Origin: an uncultured virus (IMG/VR IMGVR_UViG_3300024279_000006)
Lineage: Duplodnaviria; Heunggongvirae; Uroviricota; Caudoviricetes
Virus record (IMG/VR): IMGVR_UViG_3300024279_000006
Span: 1-64,000 of that record
Reading direction: 5' to 3' (one strand)
DNA length: 64,000 bases
This document shows, piece after piece, positions 1-8,420 of this stretch; position 1 is the first letter of the stretch, and every line of letters begins with the position of its first letter. A model generated the notes under the pieces. That model was given only the letters and a program-made list of their open reading frames with translations, was not told the origin of the DNA and did not search any database. The translations under genes and the position numbers were made by a program.

Positions 1-6
1 CGCACG

Positions 7-1116
7 ATGGACAAGGCCACGCGCGATACCATTGCCGCGCTGAAGAAGACCAATCCTGCCGCAGCGAAGTTGCTGGCCAAGCAGTACTACGGCCGCCAAG
101 CCTACGAAAAAGAATTTCCTACGGTGCAGGACGCTCGCCGCGCCAAAGCCACAATCGAATCTCTCGGTGGCGAAGATGGCATCACCGAACTGCAAAACAA
201 GGTGCAGGACTATACGACCGAAATGGAGCAGTTCGCCAATGGCGACCGCTCACTGGTCGAGACTCTCTACAAATCCAATGCTGAATCGACTGTGAAGATG
301 GTCGAGGCTGCATTGGATATTTTTGCAGAGAACAAGAACATGGAAGCGTTGGACTCAGTACTTATGCGTCCGATGGTCCAACGATTGAATGATGCCGGAC
401 TCAGCAAGAGTTTGGTAGCTATGGCTGACTTCCTGAAAGTCGGGAAGGGCCAAGAAGCCTACGATCTGTTGCAGAACGTCGGCGAGTGGTTGGCCAAACT
501 GACTGGCGACGCGGAGAAGATGAAGGCCACGAGGACTCAGGTCGATCCGCGCGAGAAAAGTTTTCAGGAACGCGAGCAGAAGTTGCAACAACAGGAAAAA
601 GAGAACAAGGAACGCGCCATTGGCGACGAAGTAAAAAGGCTTAACAGCGAGAAACTGGCCACAACCCTTGCTCCGTTTTTCAAGGAACTAAAATTGTCCG
701 GCGAAGGGCAACGCGAGTTTTCACAAAACCTGAAACAGAAAGTTTGGGCGGCAATGAACGCCGACAAGGTATTCCGGCGACAAGTCCAAGCCAACATCGC
801 CAAAGGTGACCAAGCCTACGTCGCGAAGTTCATTAACGCGAAGTTCAATGAATTGCTGCCGGGGATATTCCGCAACTACAAAAACACGCTATACCCGAAT
901 CTCTCCCGGAGCGCGACTCCAACGCCAAAGCCGAATGGCCAAACTCCGGTCAACGGAAGGACTCCGGCGAAGCCAGCCGCAGCAGTGGAAGGGCAGGCAA
1001 TCCAGGTTAAGGATGCTCCCGCGTTTGAGGAAGTGGATTGGTCAAAGACCAACGACACTACTTGGGCGAAAGGCTTCGCGCACCTGAAAAACGGGAAGTA
1101 CGTCTACTTCCACTGA
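7..1116 (+). CDS. Putative capsid scaffolding protein (probably 5'-truncated by the window edge)
   Basis: Helical, charged coiled-coil ORF with a Pro-rich linker and short C-terminal domain, upstream of the major capsid gene; frame is open at position 1. Confidence 0.55.
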   Translation: MDKATRDTIAALKKTNPAAAKLLAKQYYGRQAYEKEFPTVQDARRAKATIESLGGEDGITELQNKVQDYTTEMEQFANGDRSLVETLYKSNAESTVKMVEAALDIFAENKNMEALDSVLMRPMVQRLNDAGLSKSLVAMADFLKVGKGQEAYDLLQNVGEWLAKLTGDAEKMKATRTQVDPREKSFQEREQKLQQQEKENKERAIGDEVKRLNSEKLATTLAPFFKELKLSGEGQREFSQNLKQKVWAAMNADKVFRRQVQANIAKGDQAYVAKFINAKFNELLPGIFRNYKNTLYPNLSRSATPTPKPNGQTPVNGRTPAKPAAAVEGQAIQVKDAPAFEEVDWSKTNDTTWAKGFAHLKNGKYVYFH

Positions 1117-1188
1117 TACAGGTAGTCCGGTATTGCACAGACAGGTTTAATCTCCCACAGTGACAATGCCTTAGAAGGGGGAATCCTC

Positions 1189-1353
1189 ATGATTATCTAC
1201 CTCAGTCTTTTGGTCGCACTCGTTGGTGTCCTCATGTACGCACTCAGCGCGAATCCAAAGCTGGTTGAAATCGGGCGACTGGCTTTCTTCGCCGGACTGC
1301 TGGCGTTCCTGATGCTCGTGGGCGGCGGCCACTCCCTCGCCATAGTTAAGTAA
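1189..1353 (+). CDS. Small two-TM membrane protein (54 aa)
   Basis: Manual translation MIIYLSLLVALVGVLMYALSANPKLVEIGRLAFFAGLLAFLMLVGGGHSLAIVK; AAGGGGG SD upstream; below ORF-track cutoff. Confidence 0.7.
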   Translation: MIIYLSLLVALVGVLMYALSANPKLVEIGRLAFFAGLLAFLMLVGGGHSLAIVK

Positions 1354-1362
1354 AGGAACACC

Positions 1363-1533
1363 ATGAAAAAGAAACAGGCAGTCAAGAAGCCGGTAAAGCG
1401 CGCTGAGAAAAAGCCGGAGACGCAGCCAGAGCCGCCAGCGGTCGAGCCGATTGTTTCCGAAGCAGAACCAGTTACCGCCTCGCCTGAGTCTGGTGACGGG
1501 CGCTCCGCGATGGACGGCAAACGTCCCGATTGA
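1363..1533 (+). CDS. Small Lys/Pro/Glu-rich disordered protein (56 aa)
   Basis: AGGA SD right after previous stop; MKKKQAVKKPVKRAEKKPETQPEPP... Confidence 0.6.
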   Translation: MKKKQAVKKPVKRAEKKPETQPEPPAVEPIVSEAEPVTASPESGDGRSAMDGKRPD

Positions 1534-1603
1534 CTTCGTACAGACGAGCTAAGGTCAGCGTGAGCCGCTTAAACCTTAGGGTTAGTTTGTAACGTCCAAA
1601 GAT

Positions 1604-1654
1604 AGGGCTGGTTTCGCCGGATAGTACACTCTGCGAGGCCAGCCTTAATTTTTT
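1604..1654 (+). terminator. Probable intrinsic terminator
   Basis: AGGGCTGGTTTCGC...GCGAGGCCAGCCTT stem followed by AATTTTTT. Confidence 0.55.
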
Positions 1655-1657
1655 CCC

Positions 1658-1896
1658 TTGCATCATTCCCACGTTTAGCAGTAGCCTTGCTTCCGTTGAG
1701 CGATGCGGGGCGCGCGTTCCCCAAAATGCAGCAGTACGATACCGTCGCTAAACAAATCCAAACGTATATCGGGTGTTGTAAGAGTCTGTGCGATTGAGTT
1801 CGTGCAGATTGCCGACGCAGAAATACTCCGCAGAGCGAAGCGGGCGCGTCATTCGCGCGAATCGCAGGCGTCGAGCTGAGTCTGAGGTATACGTGT
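1658..1896 (+). promoter_or_regulatory. Putative promoter and ~200-nt structured 5' leader of the capsid gene
   Basis: TTGCAT-18-TAGCCT; nested stems 1762-1770/1886-1894 and 1789-1795/1860-1866. Confidence 0.45.
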
Positions 1897-3231
1897 ATGG
1901 CTCCTCTATTAGAGGCCGCAGTACAAGGCGTTGAAATCGAAGCATTTGCGAAGGGCATCCCGAATTACGTTTTCAAAGGTCGGACGCTTTACAACTTCTT
2001 CAAGAAGGGTGCAAAGACCTATCCGACCGCAGTTACCACGGCCGCCGGCGGCACCAGCCGTCCCGCGTTCCGTATTCCGATCCGCATCCAGTCTGGCGCG
2101 GCAATCTTCCAGGCAACCGGCGACGGCGATTCTCTGAATCGTGGCACTGGTTCTCTGTGGGTTTCCGGCGATCAGACCGTAGTTGGAACCTTTGCCGGGA
2201 ACGAAATCACCTACCTGGCCCGAATTGCTACACAGGGTCCGAAGCGTGGTCTCATCTCGCTCAAAGCGGAAGAACTGAAAAACTCCTTCGATTCGTACAT
2301 GCAGGGGTTGGATTCTCAGTTCCTCTCCGACGGCAGCGGCGCGGTCCTGCAAATCCCATCCACAGCCACGGTCAACAACACCACTGGCACCGGCAACTCC
2401 ACGTCCTCGATCGTTGGTCTTGGCGGACAGGCCAACCAGCTTCAGGAACAGCAAGTCGTGCAGTTCTTCGCGGCTGAAGGCGGCTCGGCCCGTTCCGGCA
2501 CTGCAACGGTCTCTTACGTTGACGGCGCCGCGGACACCGTGTACTTCTCGACCGCTTTGCCAGCAGGCACGGCAGCCGGCGACTTCATTATGATTCAGGG
2601 GTCTTCGGGCGCTCTGAACTCCGGCATCACTGGTATCTACACGTACCAGGTGGCCGCGACGACCGGAACCGTGCTGAACCTGTCCCGCGCAACCTATCCG
2701 GGGCAGTTGTCCACTCCGACCATCAACAAGGGCGGCTTCGCAATCAACACCACCGATCCCTACAAGGTGCAGATTCTCATCCGCCGCGGTTTGGGTGATG
2801 ACAACGAGCACGCCAAGAACTTCCAGTTCGTCTGCAATGCCGACCAAGAACTTGCGGTTGCGCAGCTCTACACCAACGTTCTTTCCCAAAACCAGAAACC
2901 GTCCGGCGACAAGGCTCTCGACATGACGATGGAATACATGCCGACGACCTACGGCGGCCGGCCGCTGCACGTCAGTTACAAGGCGAAGCAGGGACGGCTG
3001 GACGCGGTTTGCCCGGAAACCTGGGGGATCTGCGAAACCGTCGAGCCAAGCCTGTACGACTTCGGCGACGGCGTTACCACCATGCCAGTTCCGGCCAACG
3101 ATGGAAGCGGGAACACCACCTACAAGACGAGTTCCATTTTTTACTACCATAGTTTTCTCAACCTCTTCAACACGAACATGAAAGCGGCAGCAGTACTGAG
3201 TAATTGTGCTGTTCCTTCAGTAACTTCGTAG
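1897..3231 (+). CDS. Major capsid protein
   Basis: 444 aa after the scaffold, strongly biased codons, HK97-like segments (spine helix ...LDSQFLSDGSG; FVCNADQ; YGGRPL), followed by hairpins. Confidence 0.8.
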   Translation: MAPLLEAAVQGVEIEAFAKGIPNYVFKGRTLYNFFKKGAKTYPTAVTTAAGGTSRPAFRIPIRIQSGAAIFQATGDGDSLNRGTGSLWVSGDQTVVGTFAGNEITYLARIATQGPKRGLISLKAEELKNSFDSYMQGLDSQFLSDGSGAVLQIPSTATVNNTTGTGNSTSSIVGLGGQANQLQEQQVVQFFAAEGGSARSGTATVSYVDGAADTVYFSTALPAGTAAGDFIMIQGSSGALNSGITGIYTYQVAATTGTVLNLSRATYPGQLSTPTINKGGFAINTTDPYKVQILIRRGLGDDNEHAKNFQFVCNADQELAVAQLYTNVLSQNQKPSGDKALDMTMEYMPTTYGGRPLHVSYKAKQGRLDAVCPETWGICETVEPSLYDFGDGVTTMPVPANDGSGNTTYKTSSIFYYHSFLNLFNTNMKAAAVLSNCAVPSVTS

Positions 3232-3273
3232 TAGAATCTTTCTCGCCGTCACTTGATCCGTGACGGAAATGGT

Positions 3274-3315
3274 GAAGGGAAAGGTGCCTTGAACACTTTT
3301 CCCTTTGCCGCTCTT
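3274..3315 (+). terminator. Hairpin / possible terminator after capsid gene
   Basis: GAAGGGAAAGGTG...CACTTTTCCCTTT inverted repeat. Confidence 0.45.
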
Positions 3316-3329
3316 TCAAGGAGAGTGAG

Positions 3330-3953
3330 ATGGGAACTCGGGAATATCACCGCGCGTATTATTTGAAAAACAAGGAGAAATTAAAAGCGAGAAGCAAGGC
3401 TTATTATTACAGCAATTCAGACGCTGCGCTGGAATTGAGAAGGCAGAACAACGCGAAAAGAACTCCTGAGCAAATCGCCAAAGATAAGCAATATCATCGC
3501 GAGTGGTACGAGAAGAACAGAGAGAAGCAACTTGCGAACGCAAAAGAAGATTACCGACAAAACCCTGAGCCAAAAAAGCAGAGCGCACGGAGATACATCC
3601 GACATCTGCCGAAAGACATCCATTCCAAAAGATGTCGAGCGAGGCTCATTTCTGTCTTCCACACCACGGAAGAGTGGTATCTGGCAAAGCTGGAATCTCA
3701 AGGAAACCGCTGCGCGCTTTGCGAACGTGTCCGAGAAGAAAACGGAAACCGTCTCGGGATCGACCATGACCATTCCTGCTGCAAGAAATATGGTTCGTGC
3801 GGGAAATGCTTGCGCGGAGTTCTTTGCCGCCGATGCAACGTTCTTGTGGGCAACTTAGAAGTTTTGATTTCTCTTGGGTTGGATATATCGGGCGAGTGTT
3901 CGGGTTGGGTTAAAAAGGCACTTGAGTATCTCGGGAAATATCGGGGGAATTAA
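3330..3953 (+). CDS. Endonuclease VII-family (HNH) nuclease
   Basis: QGNRCALC...IDHDH..C....CGKCLRGVLCRRCN motif with basic N-terminal repeats. Confidence 0.85.
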   Translation: MGTREYHRAYYLKNKEKLKARSKAYYYSNSDAALELRRQNNAKRTPEQIAKDKQYHREWYEKNREKQLANAKEDYRQNPEPKKQSARRYIRHLPKDIHSKRCRARLISVFHTTEEWYLAKLESQGNRCALCERVREENGNRLGIDHDHSCCKKYGSCGKCLRGVLCRRCNVLVGNLEVLISLGLDISGECSGWVKKALEYLGKYRGN

Positions 3954-3954
3954 A

Positions 3955-4290
3955 ATGGCCACGCCAGCACTTGCAAGGAAGACAGTTATTCGTCCGCGCG
4001 ACAAGTGGGTGATTATCCGAAAGTTCATCCGCGGCGAAGAGATTCGGGACGGCATCATAATCCCGGAAACGAAAGACGACCGTTCCCAGCGCGGCGAAGT
4101 GGTAGCACTCTCACGGTGCGCGGGGCGCACGGCAGACGGAACCGAAATTCCCTGGGACATCAAAGTGGGTGATGAGGTGATCTTCACCAACTACCCGATG
4201 GACATCCCAGCAGTGGAAGAGTTGACCGGAGAACCAAACCTGGTGCTGGTACAGGCCGATGAAGTCTTCGGAGTCGCAGAAGCAGCATGA
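3955..4290 (+). CDS. groES: Co-chaperonin GroES-like protein
   Basis: IRPRDKWVII...GIIIPE...GEVVA...IKVGDEVIF signature; start moved to ATG 3955. Confidence 0.85.
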   Translation: MATPALARKTVIRPRDKWVIIRKFIRGEEIRDGIIIPETKDDRSQRGEVVALSRCAGRTADGTEIPWDIKVGDEVIFTNYPMDIPAVEELTGEPNLVLVQADEVFGVAEAA

Positions 4291-5093
4291 AGGCCGAACG
4301 CCACGAAAGGCGCCAATGTCCGCCAGAGTTCCAAGAGCGTTTGACTCGGAAATTTGGCGTCTCGCAGTTCGGGGAGCCGATCTTCAAAATTGTTTGGGGG
4401 CAATCCGAATTTCTCCGCATGGGGGACATCTGGCGGGATCGATTCGGAAACGAGCGACGTGCCTATCGGGATATTTACCAGTGCCACGGAACGCCGTGTT
4501 GGGTAATCATGCGTTGGAAGCAGCCAGCGCACTACGGCTCTCCCGCCACGTATTACGAAACCACTTGGGACACGTTCAGCAAGATGCACTTTTTGGGCGA
4601 GTATCCGTGGCGCGGCCGCTACGAAATTGTCCAACCGCTGTACCACCAGGAAATTACGCCGGGGCGCAAGGTGCGGGAATGGGTTCCAATGCTGAACCCA
4701 CACACCGGGATTATCGAGAACGTGGACTGCTGGAAGACCGTAGACCAGAAAATCATCATTCACCACATGCCGCTGTCCCATGTTTTGATCGACACCATCA
4801 TTCCGTTAATTGCCAAAGTACAGGCACTCTCGCAGGACGAACTGAAAGCGATTCACCAGGCGAACAAACTGGCGCAGCACAAAAAGGATGTCGCAGAAAT
4901 GGCGGAAGTGATGGCCGAGAACATGCCGAGTTACTTCGGTCCGGTCTCATATTCGCGGCAGGGTGTTCGTACATCGTTACTTGACCGCAAGATGGAACAG
5001 ATTGAAAAGGTTTGGAAACGGGAACTGAAGAACGGAAGGCGTTTCACAAAGGGATTCCAGACGGGCAATCGGGTACTTTCGGTAGCTCGCTGA
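4287..5093 (+). CDS. Hypothetical protein, head region
   Basis: 268 aa ORF coupled by ATGA overlap. Confidence 0.6.
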   Translation: MKAERHERRQCPPEFQERLTRKFGVSQFGEPIFKIVWGQSEFLRMGDIWRDRFGNERRAYRDIYQCHGTPCWVIMRWKQPAHYGSPATYYETTWDTFSKMHFLGEYPWRGRYEIVQPLYHQEITPGRKVREWVPMLNPHTGIIENVDCWKTVDQKIIIHHMPLSHVLIDTIIPLIAKVQALSQDELKAIHQANKLAQHKKDVAEMAEVMAENMPSYFGPVSYSRQGVRTSLLDRKMEQIEKVWKRELKNGRRFTKGFQTGNRVLSVAR

Positions 5094-5122
5094 GAAAATT
5101 AAAAATCGGGAGGAAGTAGATT

Positions 5123-5980
5123 ATGGGTACGTCTGCATTTCCAGTAACCGGAGCACCGCCAACCGCGCGACTCGATAAGGCGCGGCAGATTGAGAACGGC
5201 GGCCCTGGTGGTGAAGGGCTAGGAGAAACCAAACTTCAGACCCAAGACAACACGCAACTCAAGCCGCCGATCTATATCTACAATATTTGCGCGCTGCCTC
5301 ACGTCCGCAATCAACCGCCAGAGTTTCCGATGTTCACGATCGAGCCGTGCGAAAAAGGAAAGAAGTTTTCCGTCAAACCGTTTCCGGGACTGGTCAACGA
5401 GCGCTACGTCAAGCCGGGAACGTCGGAGTATCACTACAAACAGGTGGACGGCCGGAAGTACGCCACCAGCCTGTTGAACCCGAGTCACTTTCCCGGAACC
5501 GATTGGCGCACGCAGCTTAACGACCGCATCACCGGCCAGGAAGACATGAGCGGTATGGACATGAACGCTTTCGGCGTGTTCTGGTCCGAACTTACGCCGG
5601 ATGATCCCGCACTCAATGAGCAGATCGCACTGTTCAGGAAACGCGCAGACCGCACGATGGAAGCTCTGGTGGCCGAAGGAAACAAGTACCACGCGGAAGG
5701 GCGTCCGGGCGTAATCAGCGGACTAATGCACTTTGCGATGGACTACTTCGGACTTTCCGCACCGTGGCACATGAGCCACCGTCACAAGACCGAGTGCCTC
5801 AACTGCGGCGACTTGGTTCTGGAAGGAATCGCGTACCACCGCAATTCCAGCGGAGACATTTGCATTATCGACCGCGAACGGTATGAGGCATCCGTCATCA
5901 CTGCGAAGCAGCAGAAAGAGACAGGCGCCGAGCCGAAGCAAGCTGCGGAGAGAAAGCCGCGCACAAAGGCCGCCGGCTAA
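5123..5980 (+). CDS. Hypothetical protein with C-terminal CxxC motif, head/neck region
   Basis: 285 aa, GGAGG SD, ECLNCGD motif. Confidence 0.6.
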   Translation: MGTSAFPVTGAPPTARLDKARQIENGGPGGEGLGETKLQTQDNTQLKPPIYIYNICALPHVRNQPPEFPMFTIEPCEKGKKFSVKPFPGLVNERYVKPGTSEYHYKQVDGRKYATSLLNPSHFPGTDWRTQLNDRITGQEDMSGMDMNAFGVFWSELTPDDPALNEQIALFRKRADRTMEALVAEGNKYHAEGRPGVISGLMHFAMDYFGLSAPWHMSHRHKTECLNCGDLVLEGIAYHRNSSGDICIIDRERYEASVITAKQQKETGAEPKQAAERKPRTKAAG

Positions 5981-5990
5981 ACGATCTTTC

Positions 5991-6060
5991 TTGGGGGGCA
6001 CTCTCTACACCCGCGGTCAACCCGATTCCGTGGCTGACGGTGCCCCTCAAGTAAGTTTTT
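5991..6060 (+). terminator. Intergenic stem-loop
   Basis: CTTGGGGGGCAC...GTGCCCCTCAAG followed by TAAGTTTTT. Confidence 0.4.
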
Positions 6061-6077
6061 GAAAGTGAAAGGCATGG

Positions 6078-6899
6078 ATGTCGCCAAGTTTCCAACAGAA
6101 CGGATTCCCAACGATGGGTTCGATTGCGAACCTGGCGCGGTCGGTCGTGAACGACACGTTTACTGGCGTCAACGGCCAGCAAGGGCGAATCTTCACCAAC
6201 GATGCTCCGTTCATGCTGCCGTATTTCAATTCCGCATTTCGCACGCTGCAACGCAAGCTCCGCAATGAAGGCGTCACGTTTCCGATCAAGGACAATGTAA
6301 TCCTGACGAACATGACGCCAGTGGTGGAAGTCAACAACGCCGTGCAGGTGTACGTGGGGTACGACGGATATTTTGACGGCACCACAATGCACGCAACTCC
6401 GAAACTGCCAAGCGACCTTCTACAGCCGTACTTGGTGCAAGAGCAGACTATCGGTAGTGGATTCCCATTTACACCAATGGCCCAGCCAGAAGAAGGACTC
6501 CCCTCGGCGATTCAGGGGCCGATGCTGAAAATGTGGGAGTGGCGCAACTACAAAATCTACATGATTGGATCGACGCAGGCGAAGAACTTGCGGTTGCGGT
6601 ATCAGTCTGGCCAGCCTCCGCTTGACGTTCCGGCCGCCGACTTCGATACCACAGCGGTAGGGATTATCGACTGCGAAGACGCGATGGCGTTTTTGATGGT
6701 TGGATTGTACGGCGCATCCCGCGGCGCGAATCCACAAGTGCTCTTGGGGCTAGAACAGAAAGCCGACGCAGCAATTTCGGACATGGCTTTGGAATACGTT
6801 CGCCGCTCTCAAACGGTCACGTATCGCCGTACAGCCTACGGTGAAGGCGGTTCCAATGACGGTGGCAACACCAATTTGGGACAGGCAGGGCAGGGATAA
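6078..6899 (+). CDS. Putative head-tail adaptor (tail tubular A-like)
   Basis: Size, position and helix-beta-helix layout (YFNSAFRTLQ...LPSDL...LRLRY...) typical of podovirus adaptors; positional inference. Confidence 0.55.
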   Translation: MSPSFQQNGFPTMGSIANLARSVVNDTFTGVNGQQGRIFTNDAPFMLPYFNSAFRTLQRKLRNEGVTFPIKDNVILTNMTPVVEVNNAVQVYVGYDGYFDGTTMHATPKLPSDLLQPYLVQEQTIGSGFPFTPMAQPEEGLPSAIQGPMLKMWEWRNYKIYMIGSTQAKNLRLRYQSGQPPLDVPAADFDTTAVGIIDCEDAMAFLMVGLYGASRGANPQVLLGLEQKADAAISDMALEYVRRSQTVTYRRTAYGEGGSNDGGNTNLGQAGQG

Positions 6900-7894
6900 T
6901 GTCCTTCTTCCGCTATGACGGGGTAGTGCGCAACGCGCCAGGGGAAGCGATTCCGGGCGCTTACGTGTACGTCTGCAACCAGCCGGCGACCACCAGTGCC
7001 ATTCCGCCAAGTCCGCTTGCCAACATCTATTCCGATTCAAGCGGAACAGTGCTGGCGAATCCCGTCATTGTTGATGGCAACGGTAACTTTTCGTTCTACG
7101 CATCGCCCGGACTTTTTACACTTGTCTTCTTCGATCCATTCGATCGTATCCCGACCACGGTATTTCTTGACCAAACTGTTGCGAGTCCGGGAGCTGGAAC
7201 AGTAAGCAGTGTCGCGGAGACGGTTCCGACGGAGTTTGCCATCGCCGGTTCGCCGATTACGACTTCGGGAACGCTGGCGATTACCAAAGTCAATCAGAAC
7301 GCGAACTCGGTATGGGCTGGACCTGTTTCAGGACCGGCCGCGCAGCCAACGTTTCGTGCATTGGTCTCTGCTGACCTTCCCGCCGGCGTGGGGAGTGTTA
7401 CCAGCGTCGCGCTGACTTTCACGCCATCGGCACTGTTCACGTCGAGCGTTGGCGGAAGTCCAATCACCAGTTCCGGGACTCTTGCGGTAACTCTTGGGCT
7501 GGCGAACCAGGCCGCAAATAAATTCCTTGCCGGTCCTGCATCGGGCGGCACTGGCGCGGTCACTGCGCGCCTAATTGTTCCCGCTGATTTACCGGGACAG
7601 GTTACAACGACGTTCTCAGCAACACCGACGTTCGATGCCAGCGCGGGAGATGGTTTCAAAATGACGCTCACTGGAAACGTGACTTCCAGCAGTGTCACCA
7701 ATCCGACGGCGGCGCAGACCATCACGTTTGTTATCACGCAAGACGCCACTGGCGGCCGGACGTTTGTCTGGCCAACGAATTTCAAGGGCGCAACGGCTAT
7801 TTCGCCAGACGCAAGCTCGGTGAGTGTCCAAAGTTTTTACTACGATGGAAGTTTTTGGCGTGCCAACGGACCCGGCATGACGATGGGATCGTAG
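6899..7894 (+). CDS. Tail fibre/structural protein
   Basis: N-terminal NPVIVDGNGNFSFYA domain, repeated VSSV...GSPITxSGTLA motifs, C-terminal ITQDATGGRTFVWP motif common in phage fibres. Confidence 0.7.
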   Translation: MSFFRYDGVVRNAPGEAIPGAYVYVCNQPATTSAIPPSPLANIYSDSSGTVLANPVIVDGNGNFSFYASPGLFTLVFFDPFDRIPTTVFLDQTVASPGAGTVSSVAETVPTEFAIAGSPITTSGTLAITKVNQNANSVWAGPVSGPAAQPTFRALVSADLPAGVGSVTSVALTFTPSALFTSSVGGSPITSSGTLAVTLGLANQAANKFLAGPASGGTGAVTARLIVPADLPGQVTTTFSATPTFDASAGDGFKMTLTGNVTSSSVTNPTAAQTITFVITQDATGGRTFVWPTNFKGATAISPDASSVSVQSFYYDGSFWRANGPGMTMGS

Positions 7895-7975
7895 TAAATG
7901 CAGGCCACGTGAGCCTTAACACGGTTGCAGACAAAGAAAAGGCCAGCGTTCGGGGGCTGAGTTGGAGAAAATAAA

Positions 7976-8359
7976 ATGGCACAAGCAACGCTTTCAGTAG
8001 CAGGTGGCGCAGTACAGACCAACGACCAGCGTATTCAACGTTTCTATGGAACGTTGACGTTGAGCGCTCGGACTGACACTTATCCGGCAGGCGGATTGAC
8101 TCTCGATTCCGTACTGTCTGCGGCACTCCCTGTCACTTCTAATTCCGCAATGGTTTCCTTTCGGGCGACTGGCGCCGGTGCTGGCTACATCTATCAGCGC
8201 ATCCCGTCCACTGGAAAACTGATGGTCTTGCAGGTTCCACCGTCCGGCTCTCTCACCACGGCGGCACCGTTGCAAGAATTGTCCTCGGCCGCGAACTCGC
8301 TGTCCGGTGTTTTCGCCGACACGATTTCGTTCGTCGCGGAATATCTGCGGAACGCATAG
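7976..8359 (+). CDS. Small virion structural protein
   Basis: 127 aa, GGAG SD, YPAGG motif, beta-rich, within the tail cluster. Confidence 0.5.
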   Translation: MAQATLSVAGGAVQTNDQRIQRFYGTLTLSARTDTYPAGGLTLDSVLSAALPVTSNSAMVSFRATGAGAGYIYQRIPSTGKLMVLQVPPSGSLTTAAPLQELSSAANSLSGVFADTISFVAEYLRNA

Positions 8360-8370
8360 TAAATCCAAAG

Positions 8371-8420
8371 AAGGAGGACGGAACTAGGCGAGTGATGCCG
8401 CTTAGTTCCGTTTTTTCTAT
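8371..8420 (+). promoter_or_regulatory. SD (AAGGAGG) plus 13-bp hairpin and U-tract
   Basis: ACGGAACTAGGCG (8378-8390) pairs with CGCTTAGTTCCGT (8399-8411), then TTTTTC. Confidence 0.65.

Noticed and set aside
1534..1896. tRNA or canonical CRISPR array in intergenic regions
   Set aside because: No cloverleaf or T-loop found by eye; no three or more regularly spaced repeats; no cas genes.
2265..2280. TnpB spacer 1 matches the capsid gene at 13/16 (AGCGGAAGAACTGAAA)
   Set aside because: About 0.5 such hits are expected by chance in 128 kb of both strands; two mismatches fall at the seed end and there is no TGAAC flank.
1909..3150. Long antisense or alternate-frame ORFs (also 19457-20698, 14552-15559, and the 5' part of 38942-40123)
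   Set aside because: Shadows of GC-biased real genes; no motifs or RBS.
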